Shown: positions 24,978-35,793, numbered from the stretch's first letter. The stretch: DNA of 64,000 nucleotides from Opitutales bacterium (GCA_021772565.1 JAJFLR010000096.1:5266-69265), one strand, 5' to 3'. Numbers and translations: made by a program. The notes: generated from the sequence alone by a model not told the origin.

Positions 24978-25730
24978 TCAAAATCGCATATGTCCCAGCT
25001 TTAATATTTCTGACGATACTTGATCAATCTCGTACTCATGCTCATACGACATAGCATTGAAAGAGTTTAGTAATTCGTGAAATGCTTCTGAATGATCGAA
25101 ATGGGTTAAATGAGCGAGCTCATGATAAATTATATGATCCAATAATTCTGGCTTCAAAAGAATTAATCTCCAGTTAAATGTAATATTACGTTTATTATTA
25201 CATGATCCCCATTTGTTAAATTGATCATTGATAGATATTCTTTTAACATCTAATTTCAATTTACCAATTAGTCTAAATGTTCTTTCAAAAACTGACATTT
25301 TTGCAAATCTCTTTAATAATTCAAGTAATTGAATTTCTGATCCAATATATGGATTAATTTTAAATTTCACTTCATCGTATTGAGGTCTATATTCAAAACG
25401 AGGCTCACCGTTATGAAATATCATTTCTATTTTTACTTTTTTTCCATATGCTGATAAAAAAGGTTCGTCCATTAAATACTCATAAAGACTTCTCAAATTT
25501 TTAATTTCACATGATCTTTCCATGATCCACTTTTGGCTTTTTAAAAATTTTACAATATTTTTTTCTGTTTCCCATAAAGGCGCTTTTAAAACTAGATATT
25601 TAGAATCAATTAAGCAGACTTCCAAGTTACGACGCCGTCTTGATTGAATAAACTCATAGGATACTGATTGTCTACCGGCAGGAGTCTCCAATTCAAAATA
25701 CCGTATATGACTTTCGTTATTAGAATTCAT
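24978..25730 (-). CDS. YgjP/DUF45-family (M48-like) zinc metallopeptidase
   Basis: 250 aa. C-terminal HELAHLTHFDHS motif. Confidence 0.75.
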   Translation of the reverse strand: MNSNNESHIRYFELETPAGRQSVSYEFIQSRRRRNLEVCLIDSKYLVLKAPLWETEKNIVKFLKSQKWIMERSCEIKNLRSLYEYLMDEPFLSAYGKKVKIEMIFHNGEPRFEYRPQYDEVKFKINPYIGSEIQLLELLKRFAKMSVFERTFRLIGKLKLDVKRISINDQFNKWGSCNNKRNITFNWRLILLKPELLDHIIYHELAHLTHFDHSEAFHELLNSFNAMSYEHEYEIDQVSSEILKLGHMRF

Positions 25731-25731
25731 T

Positions 25732-26370
25732 CTAAATTTTTTTCATTAATCTATTAGTGTACTTCCTCAAGGCGGATTCTGGATCAATTTTCGATAATCT
25801 ACATGCGGCTGTAATTTCAAATAAAAGCTCCCCTGCTCTATCTTCATCTAATCGGTCGCTAGTTTTTTCAATATTTTCCATATTTAGATTTGACGTTGGA
25901 TAATCAATATTTTTCTGAATTTGCTTAAAAACCTCTCGGGCATATAGTAAAGCAGGAAGTCGAGGAGGCAGGGATTTCCATGCTGTGTCATCAAGGGATT
26001 GATTTTTTTCTCCCGCTTTAATTTCATTCCACTGTAGTAGTACTTCATCAGTGCTGCTTAATTTCTTGTTTCCAAAAACATGAGGATGTCGACGAACTAG
26101 TTTATCATTTATTTCATTTGCAACTTTTTCAAGATTAAAATGACCTGATTCTTCAGCCATTTGTGCGTGCATAACCACCTGTAATAATACATCTCCCAGC
26201 TCCTCCAACATTAAATCAAAATTCAGATCGTCAATTGACTCCAGCAACTCGCTGCATTCTTCAATGAGACAATCAGCAATAGTTTGATGAGATTGTTCAA
26301 TGTCCCAAGGACAGCCTCCTAGTGAACGCAGTCGAGAAACTGTTTCCTTTAATTCTTGAATCGCCTTCAT
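25732..26370 (-). CDS. mazG: MazG nucleoside triphosphate pyrophosphohydrolase
   Basis: 212 aa. GGCPWDIEQSHQTI, EECSELLESI, ELGDVLLQV, RRHPHVFG. Confidence 0.85.
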   Translation of the reverse strand: MKAIQELKETVSRLRSLGGCPWDIEQSHQTIADCLIEECSELLESIDDLNFDLMLEELGDVLLQVVMHAQMAEESGHFNLEKVANEINDKLVRRHPHVFGNKKLSSTDEVLLQWNEIKAGEKNQSLDDTAWKSLPPRLPALLYAREVFKQIQKNIDYPTSNLNMENIEKTSDRLDEDRAGELLFEITAACRLSKIDPESALRKYTNRLMKKI

Positions 26371-26451
26371 AATTAAAATTTTTTAATTTAAAAAAATCAT
26401 TTGTAAATTAAAATCAAGTAATCTTATCCCCTTCATATTAACAAAATTATA

Positions 26452-27249
26452 ATGAACAAATTATCGGAAATAATTAATTGGAAAAGAAAAGAAATTGCAG
26501 AACGATCACGTCCGATAAATGAGAATGAATTATTGCGATTTGGGGACTTAAATTCTACTAAATCAAAATTCAGTGAAAATATTCGAGCTAAAAATAATTT
26601 AAGCCTAATCGCTGAAATAAAAAGGCAATCACCTTCAGCTGGTACTATTTCTAATTTGGAAAATGCCATTGATCAGGCTAGAAAATATTATAATGCAAAT
26701 ACAGATGCAATTTCAGTTCTCACTGATAATAAATATTTTGGAGGTAACATAAAAGATTTATGGGAAGTGACAGATTTTATTAATTCCAGGGAGGATTCGA
26801 TACCCATATTAAGAAAAGATTTTTTTATTGATCCAATACAAATTTTGGAGACTGCAGAATCCGGTGCATCTTTAATTTTAATAATTGTCAGTGCATTAAA
26901 TGATGAAGAAATAAATCGACTTTACCAATCAGCGAATATGGCGGGCATGGAAGCTCTTTTTGAAATACACGATGAATTTGAGCTAGAAAAAGCAGTTGAA
27001 GCGGATGCAAAAATTATTGGTGTTAATAATAGAAATTTAAAAGATTTTTCAATCGATCTATCAGTCTCCGAAAATTTATTACCAAAAATTCCTGAAGACA
27101 TAATAAAAATTAGCGAAAGTGGTATCAAGAATTTTGAAGATGCAAAACGAGTATTTGATTCTGGTGCTCAAGCTGTACTTGTCGGCCAGGCATTAATGGA
27201 AGCAGATGATCCAGCTAAATTAATTATGGATATTCAAAATATTATTTAA
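26452..27249 (+). CDS. trpC: indole-3-glycerol phosphate synthase
   Basis: 265 aa. LIAEIKRQSPSAG, ILRKDFFIDPIQI, IGVNNRNL, ISESGI. Confidence 0.9.
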   Translation: MNKLSEIINWKRKEIAERSRPINENELLRFGDLNSTKSKFSENIRAKNNLSLIAEIKRQSPSAGTISNLENAIDQARKYYNANTDAISVLTDNKYFGGNIKDLWEVTDFINSREDSIPILRKDFFIDPIQILETAESGASLILIIVSALNDEEINRLYQSANMAGMEALFEIHDEFELEKAVEADAKIIGVNNRNLKDFSIDLSVSENLLPKIPEDIIKISESGIKNFEDAKRVFDSGAQAVLVGQALMEADDPAKLIMDIQNII

Positions 27250-27268
27250 AGTGAACATGAATTAATCC

Positions 27269-28087
27269 ATGCTGACACTAACGCAAACTAAAGCACTATT
27301 AAATAAATTAAACTTAAAACCTAGCAAAAAATTTGGTCAAAATTTTTTGGTAGACGGTAATATTGTTCGAAAATCAATCAAATTAGCAGAGATAAAACCT
27401 AATGAAAATATTGTAGAAATAGGTTCTGGCCTAGGCACTCTCACAACAGGACTGCTCACATCACAAGCTACTGTTTTTGCAATAGAAATTGAAAATGATT
27501 TGGTAGTTAACTTACAAAATACACTGCTAAAACAATACCAAAATACTTTCCATATCATTCATGGTGATGCAGTAAAATCACCTTTAGCAAGCCTTGTCCC
27601 AAAAAAAAATGAATTATTTAAAATTGTGGCCAACTTGCCCTATTCAATAACTACTCCATGGCTGGATGCAGTTTTAAATAATAGACTACCGATTAAGTTG
27701 GTATTAATGGTTCAAAAAGAAGCCGCAGACAGGATTATATCGAAAGTAGGTTGTAAAAGCTTTTGCCCAATATCAATTTTTTCACAGGCATCTTATGAAA
27801 TTAAAATTGCCCATCGAGTTTCTCGAAGATGTTTTTACCCTGAACCAAAAATAGATTCTGTTGTAATAGAATTAAATTTAAAAACTCATCCTGTAGTATT
27901 TAGTTTAACATCAAAGGAAATGATTAGAGATATTTTTAAATATCGCAGGAAACAAATTGGAACAATTATTCGTCAGCTATCCAATTACAATTTTCTTATC
28001 CCAATAATGAGAGATAATGGTATAGACCTAAAATGCCGACCAGAAAATATTCCCAATAAATTTTGGCATAAGTTATACAACTTCTAG
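27269..28087 (+). CDS. rsmA: 16S rRNA (adenine1518/1519-N6)-dimethyltransferase
   Basis: 272 aa. KKFGQNFLVD, EIGSGLGTLT, ANLPYSITTP. Confidence 0.9.
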   Translation: MLTLTQTKALLNKLNLKPSKKFGQNFLVDGNIVRKSIKLAEIKPNENIVEIGSGLGTLTTGLLTSQATVFAIEIENDLVVNLQNTLLKQYQNTFHIIHGDAVKSPLASLVPKKNELFKIVANLPYSITTPWLDAVLNNRLPIKLVLMVQKEAADRIISKVGCKSFCPISIFSQASYEIKIAHRVSRRCFYPEPKIDSVVIELNLKTHPVVFSLTSKEMIRDIFKYRRKQIGTIIRQLSNYNFLIPIMRDNGIDLKCRPENIPNKFWHKLYNF

Positions 28088-28096
28088 GAAAAGCAG

Positions 28097-29398
28097 TTAG
28101 TTACTATCTAATCTAATATTAAGTGAGTTTCCATGAGCATCTAATTTTTCCAATTCACTAAACATATCGACTATTGGCTTAGCGTTTTTTATACTCTCAC
28201 GGTCATATTGAACAATACTTGAACGTCGAAAAAAATCTGTAATTCTTAATCCACTTGAAAATCTCCCACTACATCCGGTTGGCAGTGTATGACTGGGACC
28301 TGCTGTAAAATCACCCAAGACTACAGGCGAATAAGCTCCAAGCATAATTGCGCCCGCAGTTGTAATATTTTCAACATAAGTTTCGTAAAATGCTTCTTTT
28401 ACATGCAGACCTAAATGTTCAGGTGCTATGGAATTTGCCACGATGATTGATTCATCGATAGTATCTGTTTTAATAACTAAATACCCACTTTCAATCACTG
28501 AATTAATTGTCTCTCTGTGTGTTAAATTTTTCACCTGTTGATTAAGCTCTATATTTACACCATCAATCAATTTATTATCAGAGCAAACTAAATATATTTT
28601 TTCCTTTCCACTCCCATGCTCAGCTTGAGCCAGGAGATCTGCAGCAATGAAATCTGCTCTGGCAGACTCATCGGCAATTACCATAATTTCACTTGGGCCA
28701 GGAAGTAAATCAATTCCGACTTCACCAAAAACCTGTCGCTTAGCTTCTACTACAAACGCATTACCGGGTCCAAATATTTTGTCCACCGGTTTTATTGATT
28801 CAGTGCCAAACGCAAGAGCAGCTATAGCCTGAGCTCCACCTACTTGATATACTTCATTAACACCACACATTTGTATTGCGGCTAATATTTCACTACTAAC
28901 AGATCCATTTTTTTGAGGTGGCGTACAAACTGCAATTTCATTTACACCGGCTAGCTGAGCGAGAGGGATAGTCATGATTACTGTAGAAATTAATGGAACT
29001 GAACCACCAGGGATATATATTCCAACGCGATTTATAGGATAATATTTTTCCCCGACAGTTGCACCTTGATTATTTTCTTTTTTCCATGACTGAGGCAGGC
29101 ATTCTTTATGATAGTCATCAATAGATGATTTTGCTTTTTCGATTAACTCTTTGTTAATTACAGAAATTGATTCAGCAGACTTATCCAATTGTCTCTGAGG
29201 TATTTTTATACACTCCTTTGAAATATTTACGTGATCGAATTTTTTTGAAAAAGCCAATAAAGCATCATCACCGTTTGCCCTTACTTCATTAAGTATTTCA
29301 GAAACCCTTATTGAGATATTAGAATCGTAAATTTCTAACTTACAAAATTGAGATAACTTCTCATTATAATCAGTATCACAATAATTTAATATCAACAT
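28097..29398 (-). CDS. hisD: histidinol dehydrogenase
   Basis: 433 aa. GGAQAIAALAFGTESI, DKIFGPGNAFV, LAQAEHG, APEHL. Confidence 0.95.
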   Translation of the reverse strand: MLILNYCDTDYNEKLSQFCKLEIYDSNISIRVSEILNEVRANGDDALLAFSKKFDHVNISKECIKIPQRQLDKSAESISVINKELIEKAKSSIDDYHKECLPQSWKKENNQGATVGEKYYPINRVGIYIPGGSVPLISTVIMTIPLAQLAGVNEIAVCTPPQKNGSVSSEILAAIQMCGVNEVYQVGGAQAIAALAFGTESIKPVDKIFGPGNAFVVEAKRQVFGEVGIDLLPGPSEIMVIADESARADFIAADLLAQAEHGSGKEKIYLVCSDNKLIDGVNIELNQQVKNLTHRETINSVIESGYLVIKTDTIDESIIVANSIAPEHLGLHVKEAFYETYVENITTAGAIMLGAYSPVVLGDFTAGPSHTLPTGCSGRFSSGLRITDFFRRSSIVQYDRESIKNAKPIVDMFSELEKLDAHGNSLNIRLDSN

Positions 29399-29401
29399 GT
29401 T

Positions 29402-30133
29402 CTATTTTGGCTCAGTAAATAACTCTTCATCAAATTGTTCGTTAATTCGAATATCTTTAAAAGTCATGCTGTTAATAACTTTATCGTCTTTATAGGTAAA
29501 TATAGAGGTAGGAAATAAAATACCGTTAATTTTTTGTTCACCAATTTCCTTTAACATGATTCCGAGATCGCTAGCAGTTTGCATTAATCTTCCCGTTTGT
29601 TTATTGAAATAGCGTTTAAAATATATATCATCCCCATAATCAAATTTTATTAAAACTGCATCTTGATTTTCTATTTTTACTTCTCCCTGATAGATCACAG
29701 TTCCTCTCAACATATCCAAATTAGTAAAAAAATTTAAATTTTCCCAAACTGTTGCACGTGTTCGTTTTAAATCTTTACCGGAAAAAACAAACGCTAAGCT
29801 TTTAGTTTTTGTTTTTTTATCAAATGTCTGACTCCAACCATCATAGTCATTAACAACAATTATTTGCTTAATATTCTGTGTCTCTGAAACCATTCGGTAT
29901 TTCAATGGTTTTTCCAACCAAATTTTCATAGTTCCACCATCACCCGATAAAACATTTTCAAATTCTCCTTCATAGTAAATTGTCTTAATATTTAAAAGAA
30001 CTTCATCTCCACCAAGATATTCTCTAGCTTTAGAAACGATATCCTCAGTAGCTTTTTCTCCGTAAATATTTATTGTCAGGAGAGCATATGTAATAATTAA
30101 CAAAGATTTAAATTTCATACTAATAATTTTCAA
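29402..30133 (-). CDS. hypothetical secreted protein (LolA-like impression only)
   Basis: 243 aa with a signal peptide. The gene starts 3 nt after the hisD stop. No diagnostic motif recognised. Confidence 0.5.
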   Translation of the reverse strand: MKIISMKFKSLLIITYALLTINIYGEKATEDIVSKAREYLGGDEVLLNIKTIYYEGEFENVLSGDGGTMKIWLEKPLKYRMVSETQNIKQIIVVNDYDGWSQTFDKKTKTKSLAFVFSGKDLKRTRATVWENLNFFTNLDMLRGTVIYQGEVKIENQDAVLIKFDYGDDIYFKRYFNKQTGRLMQTASDLGIMLKEIGEQKINGILFPTSIFTYKDDKVINSMTFKDIRINEQFDEELFTEPK

Positions 30134-30540
30134 AAAAATTGATGTTATTTATAAACAAATTATAATACCTAAGCAACGACACAGTTATCATTTAATTGTG
30201 CCAAAATAAGTTTAATATTTAGGTATCTCAATTCTAAAGTCCTGATATATATAGCAAGGAAATTTTAGTAATTTTTTGTCTTTGCAAGGAATAATATAAG
30301 GCGGTGATGCATGACTTTTCTTGTATCTACATAAAATTGCCACGCTCACATCCATTGGCTCGCTACCGAGTCCCGATTTATCGGAACGACATGATCACTA
30401 CCGAATCCGAAGGATGACACCTCAACGAGTGAGGCGAGTTCCGAACGCAGTGACATGTGAAACCATAACAGAAAACATAACATCTATTTTTAATTCTTTA
30501 GATTCCGACTTAGCCGGATTAGGGATTACCAGAAAAATAG

Positions 30541-32079
30541 CTATTCCCATTCAATTGTTCCAGGAGGTTTGGAACTTATATCCAGGCAAACTCGATTCAC
30601 ACCTCTAACCTCATTGATTATGCGATTAGAAATTCTCTTCAAAAGGTCTTGTGGTAGATTGGCCCAATCCGCAGTCATCGCGTCACAACTTTCAACAATT
30701 CTTAATGCAACAACATTTTCATATGTTCGTTTATCACCCATGACACCAACTGACTTTACCGGAAGTAAGACTGCAAATGATTGCCATACTTTATAATAAA
30801 ATTTACTTTTTTTCATTTCATCCAAAAGTATAGAGTCAGCTTTACGTAATATATTTAACTTGTGTCTAGTCACATCGCTAATAACTCTAATACTTAATCC
30901 AGGACCGGGAAATGGTTGTCTCCAGAGCACTTCTTTTGGCAAACCTAGTTCGCTACCCAACGCTCTCACCTCATCCTTGAATAGTTCTCTTAACGGCTCT
31001 AGTAATTTTAATCTCATTCTTTTAGGCAAGCCCCCGACATTATGATGACTCTTAATTAATGAAGATGGATTTCCATCAATAGGAACACTTTCAATTACAT
31101 CAGGATATAAAGTACCTTGAGCAAGAAACGAAACATCTTTAATTGATTTTATTGAATCCTCAAATACCTCAATAAAAACTTTACCAATTATCTTTCTCTT
31201 ACGTTCAGGGTCTTTTACTCCTTTTAATTTTACTAGAAATTTTGCACTAGCATTAACGACTTTTAAATTTAATTGAAAATTCTTTTTATATAATTGTTCA
31301 ACTGTCACTCTTTCGTTTAAACGCAATAAACCATTATCAACAAAAATACAGGTTAACTGATTGCCAATAGCTTTATGTATTAATGCTGCAGCAACAGAAG
31401 AATCAACACCTCCACTCAATCCAAGAATTACATGTTTAGATCCTACAATTTCTCGAATTCCTTGTACTGTAGATTCAATATATGCAGACATCGACCAATT
31501 TTTTTCACACTTACAAATTTTAAATAAAAAGTTTTTATAAATTTCGCTACCCTGCTCAGTGTGTGAAACTTCAGGATGAAATTGTAAGCCGTAAAAGTCT
31601 TTTTTTTCGTTTTGGATTACTGCAAAATCAGAATTTTCTGTAGATGCTAATGGCTCAAATCCTCTTGGCAATTTTATCAATTTATCACCATGTGAATTCC
31701 AAACATTAATTTTATTTTTAATACCATGGAGAAGCTTACTTTTTTTATTAATCAATAAACAAGTTCGTCCATATTCATGGTGATCACTTGATGCAACCTT
31801 ACCATTTAACAGATATGCAATCAATTGTAAACCGTAACAAATTCCAAGGACTGGAATACCTAGCTTAAAAATTTGTTTATCAGGTAGAGGAGCTTTTGAT
31901 TTTAATACACTGGATGGACCACCCGATAATATAATTCCACAAACATTTTCTTTAAGTAACTGTTTTGCAGTAATCGAATATGGATATATTTTTGAGTAAA
32001 CATTACATTCTCTAATTCGACGTGCAATTACCTGTGTATATTGTGAACCAAAATCGAGCACTGCAATTGTTCGAGTCAT
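30541..32079 (-). CDS. guaA: GMP synthase (glutamine-hydrolysing)
   Basis: 512 aa. GATase domain ([13 protein letters not shown]), PP-loop SGGVDSSV, C-terminus PPGTIEWE. Confidence 0.95.
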   Translation of the reverse strand: MTRTIAVLDFGSQYTQVIARRIRECNVYSKIYPYSITAKQLLKENVCGIILSGGPSSVLKSKAPLPDKQIFKLGIPVLGICYGLQLIAYLLNGKVASSDHHEYGRTCLLINKKSKLLHGIKNKINVWNSHGDKLIKLPRGFEPLASTENSDFAVIQNEKKDFYGLQFHPEVSHTEQGSEIYKNFLFKICKCEKNWSMSAYIESTVQGIREIVGSKHVILGLSGGVDSSVAAALIHKAIGNQLTCIFVDNGLLRLNERVTVEQLYKKNFQLNLKVVNASAKFLVKLKGVKDPERKRKIIGKVFIEVFEDSIKSIKDVSFLAQGTLYPDVIESVPIDGNPSSLIKSHHNVGGLPKRMRLKLLEPLRELFKDEVRALGSELGLPKEVLWRQPFPGPGLSIRVISDVTRHKLNILRKADSILLDEMKKSKFYYKVWQSFAVLLPVKSVGVMGDKRTYENVVALRIVESCDAMTADWANLPQDLLKRISNRIINEVRGVNRVCLDISSKPPGTIEWE

Positions 32080-32080
32080 T

Positions 32081-32314
32081 TTAAAACTTTAGTCTTGAAT
32101 TTTCAAATTCACAATTTTGACAAGATTTAAACTCTTCAGTATTATCTCCTGTATATAAATGTCCACATTTGACACAATGAAATATTATTTTTTTTCGTAT
32201 TCTTCCTACGAATCGTTGATCGCGAGCATCGTAATAAAACCAGAGACTAAATATTACACTAATACCCAAGAATAAAATTAATAGTAAAAAAGATTCTAAA
32301 TTTAATGATATCAA
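32081..32314 (-). CDS. small membrane-anchored zinc-ribbon protein
   Basis: 77 aa. An N-terminal TM helix followed by CVKCG...CQNC. It abuts guaA. Confidence 0.5.
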   Translation of the reverse strand: MISLNLESFLLLILFLGISVIFSLWFYYDARDQRFVGRIRKKIIFHCVKCGHLYTGDNTEEFKSCQNCEFENSRLKF

Positions 32315-32415
32315 ATTAGGTAGTAAATAAAGCCATTAATTATTTTATCCAATTATATTTTACTCAAAATAAGTGTATCAGAATAATTTCAGATAAAAAA
32401 CACTACCTACTAACT

Positions 32416-32940
32416 TTATTCTGCTGCTTTAGTTTCAGAAATTTCCTCAACAGGGTTAGTTGCTTCTGCATTATCTGTCTTCTCTTCTTTTACGGATATT
32501 TTTTTGTTTTGTTCTTTTATACTTACTTTCTTTTTCCGTTTATTAGAACTATATCCTTCATCATCAGCAGAGATTAATTGTATTAATGCCATTTCAGCAG
32601 CGTCACCAATACGTGTTCCAAGTTTATAAATACGGGTGTAGCCTCCTTGCCTGTTGGTAAATTCAGATACCTTATCATTAAATAACACCTTTACAGCATT
32701 TTTATTTCTCAATCGAGCCATCGCCAATCGACTGTAATGTAATGCAACTTCCGGTTTTGCACCCTCTGATTTTTTGGCAAATGTAATAATTTTTTCAACA
32801 AACGGTCTTACTGCTTTCGCCTTAGCCAAAGTTGTACTTATTTGACCATGTATAATCAATGCTGATCCGATATTAGCTAAGAGAGCACTACGGTGTTGTT
32901 TTTTAACACCTAATAAATGATTATGTTTTAAATGACGCAT
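32416..32940 (-). CDS. rplQ: 50S ribosomal protein L17 (with ~50-aa K/E-rich C-terminal tail)
   Basis: MRHLKHNHLLGVKKQHRSALLANI... Positioned after rpoA. Confidence 0.95.
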   Translation of the reverse strand: MRHLKHNHLLGVKKQHRSALLANIGSALIIHGQISTTLAKAKAVRPFVEKIITFAKKSEGAKPEVALHYSRLAMARLRNKNAVKVLFNDKVSEFTNRQGGYTRIYKLGTRIGDAAEMALIQLISADDEGYSSNKRKKKVSIKEQNKKISVKEEKTDNAEATNPVEEISETKAAE

Positions 32941-32959
32941 GAATTAATTAGTTAGATGA

Positions 32960-33961
32960 TTACTCTTCGCCTCTATTATCAATTAGTCGCTCATCAATAT
33001 TCATACCCAGTGACAAGCCAAGCTGCTCTAATTTATCTTTAATTTCGTTCAATGATTTTTTACCAAAATTACGGTATTTCAACATTTCATTTTCAGATTT
33101 CAAAGCAAGCTCACCAACAGTTGTAATGTTTGCATTGTTAAGGCAATTGGCAGCACGTACAGAGAGCTCTATTTCATTTACACTCATATTTAGCAACTTA
33201 CGTAGTTTATTTTGCTCTTCACTGACCTCAGCTTGATCACTTTCAAACTCGACATGATCTTTATCCATATAATCAAAGACATCCAGATGATGTTTGAAAA
33301 TTGCGGCAGCTTGTTTTAGAGCTTCATCAGGTGTAATTCGTCCATCAGTCCAAATTTCTAAAATAAGCTTATCATAATCAGTCATCTGCCCGACTCTGGT
33401 ACTTTCAATGCTATATGTAACAAGTAAAACTGGACTAAAAAGTGAGTCAATGGCAATCACACCAATTGGCTGATCTACTGTTTTATTGTCTTCACCTGTG
33501 CAAAATCCTCTACCAACTTTTATTTCTAGCTCAGCTAAAAAACGTTGTTCTTTGTCTAAGGTACAAATTATTTGTTCAGGATTAACGATTTCAATATTAG
33601 CATCCGGTTGAATATCGGCAGCTGTAACTGTTCCAGATTTATTGACATCAATCAACAATTTTAATGTTTCTCTCTTATGAGAAATTATGAGTATCTTTTT
33701 TAAATTTAGAACTATGTCAGTTACATCTTCAACTATACCATCAACGCACTGAAACTCATGTTGAACGTTATCTATTTTTATAGACGTTATTGCAGCACCT
33801 TCGATAGAACTTAATAAAATTCTTCTCAGTGAATTACCAATTGTATGACCGTAGCCAGTTTCAAACGGTTCAGCAATGAATTTAGTATAAGTATCCGTCA
33901 TCGTCTCTTCATCTTTAACGAGACGGTTTGGTAGTTGGAATTGTCCTAATCTTATTGGCAT
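32960..33961 (-). CDS. rpoA: DNA-directed RNA polymerase subunit alpha
   Basis: 333 aa. GYGHTIGNSLRRILLSS and C-terminal domain ELSVRAANCLNNANI. Confidence 0.95.
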   Translation of the reverse strand: MPIRLGQFQLPNRLVKDEETMTDTYTKFIAEPFETGYGHTIGNSLRRILLSSIEGAAITSIKIDNVQHEFQCVDGIVEDVTDIVLNLKKILIISHKRETLKLLIDVNKSGTVTAADIQPDANIEIVNPEQIICTLDKEQRFLAELEIKVGRGFCTGEDNKTVDQPIGVIAIDSLFSPVLLVTYSIESTRVGQMTDYDKLILEIWTDGRITPDEALKQAAAIFKHHLDVFDYMDKDHVEFESDQAEVSEEQNKLRKLLNMSVNEIELSVRAANCLNNANITTVGELALKSENEMLKYRNFGKKSLNEIKDKLEQLGLSLGMNIDERLIDNRGEE

Positions 33962-34034
33962 GCTATATAATTGTATAAGTTTATGATACTAATTAACTCG
34001 AATTAAAATTATTAATGTTGTTGGTAAAATTAAA

Positions 34035-34643
34035 TTACCGGCTGTAAAATTCTACTATTAATTGTTCGTTAATACCTGGTTCAATTTCACTGCGTTCAGG
34101 CAAACGATTTATTACTGCTCGTAATGTTTCATCATATCGAGTCATCCACACAGGTGGTATTCTCATACGAGTATCATCAACGGCGCGAGTTGCCAGTTGT
34201 CTGGATGAGGTACTTGCTTTTACTTCAATTTCATCACCTGGACTAACTTGGTAACTAGAAATATCAACCTTGTGTCCATTTACTTTTATATGTCCGTGAT
34301 TTACAATCTGTCGTGCTTGTCGTCTAGTTTTAGCAAAGCCTGACAAATAAACCACACTATCAAGTCTAATCTCAAGCAGTTGCAAAAATACTTCTCCTGT
34401 TACACCCCTAATATTTTTTGCACGCTCGAAAGTAAGTCTAAACTGTTTTTCTGTCAGACCATACATATATCTTAATTTTTGTTTCTCATTTAAACCAATT
34501 GCGTATTCGCTATATTTTCGCCGTAAGCGTGGGCCATGAATACCAGGCAAATGAGGTTTTCTTTCAAACGCTTTATTAGCGGGGAAAACCGCCATTCCAA
34601 ATCTTCGATTAATTCTAGTAATTGGTCCTGTATAACGTGCCAT
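34035..34643 (-). CDS. rpsD: 30S ribosomal protein S4
   Basis: MARYTGPITRINRRFG...; S4 domain. Confidence 0.95.
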   Translation of the reverse strand: MARYTGPITRINRRFGMAVFPANKAFERKPHLPGIHGPRLRRKYSEYAIGLNEKQKLRYMYGLTEKQFRLTFERAKNIRGVTGEVFLQLLEIRLDSVVYLSGFAKTRRQARQIVNHGHIKVNGHKVDISSYQVSPGDEIEVKASTSSRQLATRAVDDTRMRIPPVWMTRYDETLRAVINRLPERSEIEPGINEQLIVEFYSR

Positions 34644-34669
34644 AATAAATTCTGTTTAAATTTTAAAGT

Positions 34670-35401
34670 CTATACTCTTCTACGTTTGGGTGGTCTACAT
34701 CCATTATGAGGAACTGGTGTAATATCTTCAATTGATGAAATCATCAATCCTAGTGACTGTAGAGCTCTTACTGCTGAATCACGTCCCATTCCAGGCCCTT
34801 TAATACGGATTACCACTTCTTTAATTCCATGAGACATCGCTCTTCGTGTTGCATCCTGAGTTACTACTTGAGCTGCATAGGCAGTTGATTTTCTCGATCC
34901 TCTAAAATTACATTTACCTGCACTTGACCATGAAATAACATTTCCCTGTCTGTCTGTAATAGTAACTTTAGTGTTATTAAATGTAGCGACGATGTGAACT
35001 ATTCCAGAAGTGATATTTTTACTTCCCTTAGCTTTTCTTATTTTTAATGCACCAATTTCATCGCTTAAAAGATCTTTAGCAGTAGGAGCCTCTTTTTTAG
35101 GTTGTTCCTGATCCTTAGTCCCAGATTCTGTTGATGCTGGAGATTTTTCTGTATTTTCCACAGAAGGATCATCTTTTCCAGAAGTTGCCTTTTTCTTGGC
35201 AACTGTTTTCTTTTTAACAGCTTTATTTGATTCAGAATCTATACTATTTATATTTTCTTTTTCAGTTGCTGATTTGGTAATTTCTGGTGAAATATCAGAG
35301 ATTTTAGTTTTAGAATCAGCTTTCTTCTCCGCAGTTTTTTTCACGGCCTTTTTCGATTCTGAATCTACGTTAGCTTCATTTTTATTAATATCTTCGCTCA
35401 T
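34670..35401 (-). CDS. rpsK: 30S ribosomal protein S11 with ~110-aa low-complexity N-terminal extension
   Basis: The C-terminal 130 aa ([18 protein letters not shown]...[13 protein letters not shown]) are canonical S11. There is no internal ATG, and the ATG lies 17 nt after the rpsM stop. Confidence 0.9.
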   Translation of the reverse strand: MSEDINKNEANVDSESKKAVKKTAEKKADSKTKISDISPEITKSATEKENINSIDSESNKAVKKKTVAKKKATSGKDDPSVENTEKSPASTESGTKDQEQPKKEAPTAKDLLSDEIGALKIRKAKGSKNITSGIVHIVATFNNTKVTITDRQGNVISWSSAGKCNFRGSRKSTAYAAQVVTQDATRRAMSHGIKEVVIRIKGPGMGRDSAVRALQSLGLMISSIEDITPVPHNGCRPPKRRRV

Positions 35402-35418
35402 TTTAAAATTTTTATGTT

Positions 35419-35793
35419 TTAACCTTTACGTTGTATGCCAACTGTTTTTCTTTTACCTTTTCGAGTGCGAGCATTGCACTGTGTGCGTTGGCCACGTACA
35501 GGAAGACCGCGCCTGTGACGCAACCCGCGATTACAATTAATAGCTTGTAAACGCTTCAAGTTAGCTGAAAGATCCCTACGCAAATCCCCCTCTATCATAA
35601 AGTTATTTTCGTTAATAACTGCAGAGATTTTTGTTAATTGTGCTTCAGATAGTGTACTAGCTCTGGCGTCAGGATCCAGTTCCGTGGCACGAATAATTTC
35701 ACCTGCACGGTGTGCCCCAATACCATAAATATATCTCAAAGAATACAGTAATTTTTTATTACCTGGAATATCGACTCCTAATAAACGTGGCAT
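35419..35793 (-). CDS. rpsM: 30S ribosomal protein S13
   Basis: [26 protein letters not shown]... Confidence 0.95.
   Translation of the reverse strand: MPRLLGVDIPGNKKLLYSLRYIYGIGAHRAGEIIRATELDPDARASTLSEAQLTKISAVINENNFMIEGDLRRDLSANLKRLQAINCNRGLRHRRGLPVRGQRTQCNARTRKGKRKTVGIQRKG

Noticed and set aside
30134-30540. RNase P RNA or SRP RNA identity for the guaA-downstream spacer
   Set aside because: Isolated look-alike strings are present (aaagtcc, acagaaaaca, tccgaagga). They occur in the wrong order and without the surrounding conserved helices on either strand, so no family call is made.
30321-30608. 95-aa plus-strand ORF
   Set aside because: It overlaps the 3' end of the well-supported guaA on the opposite strand. 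It has a TTG-type start, no RBS and no family resemblance. It is probably open only because of the local G+C-rich island.
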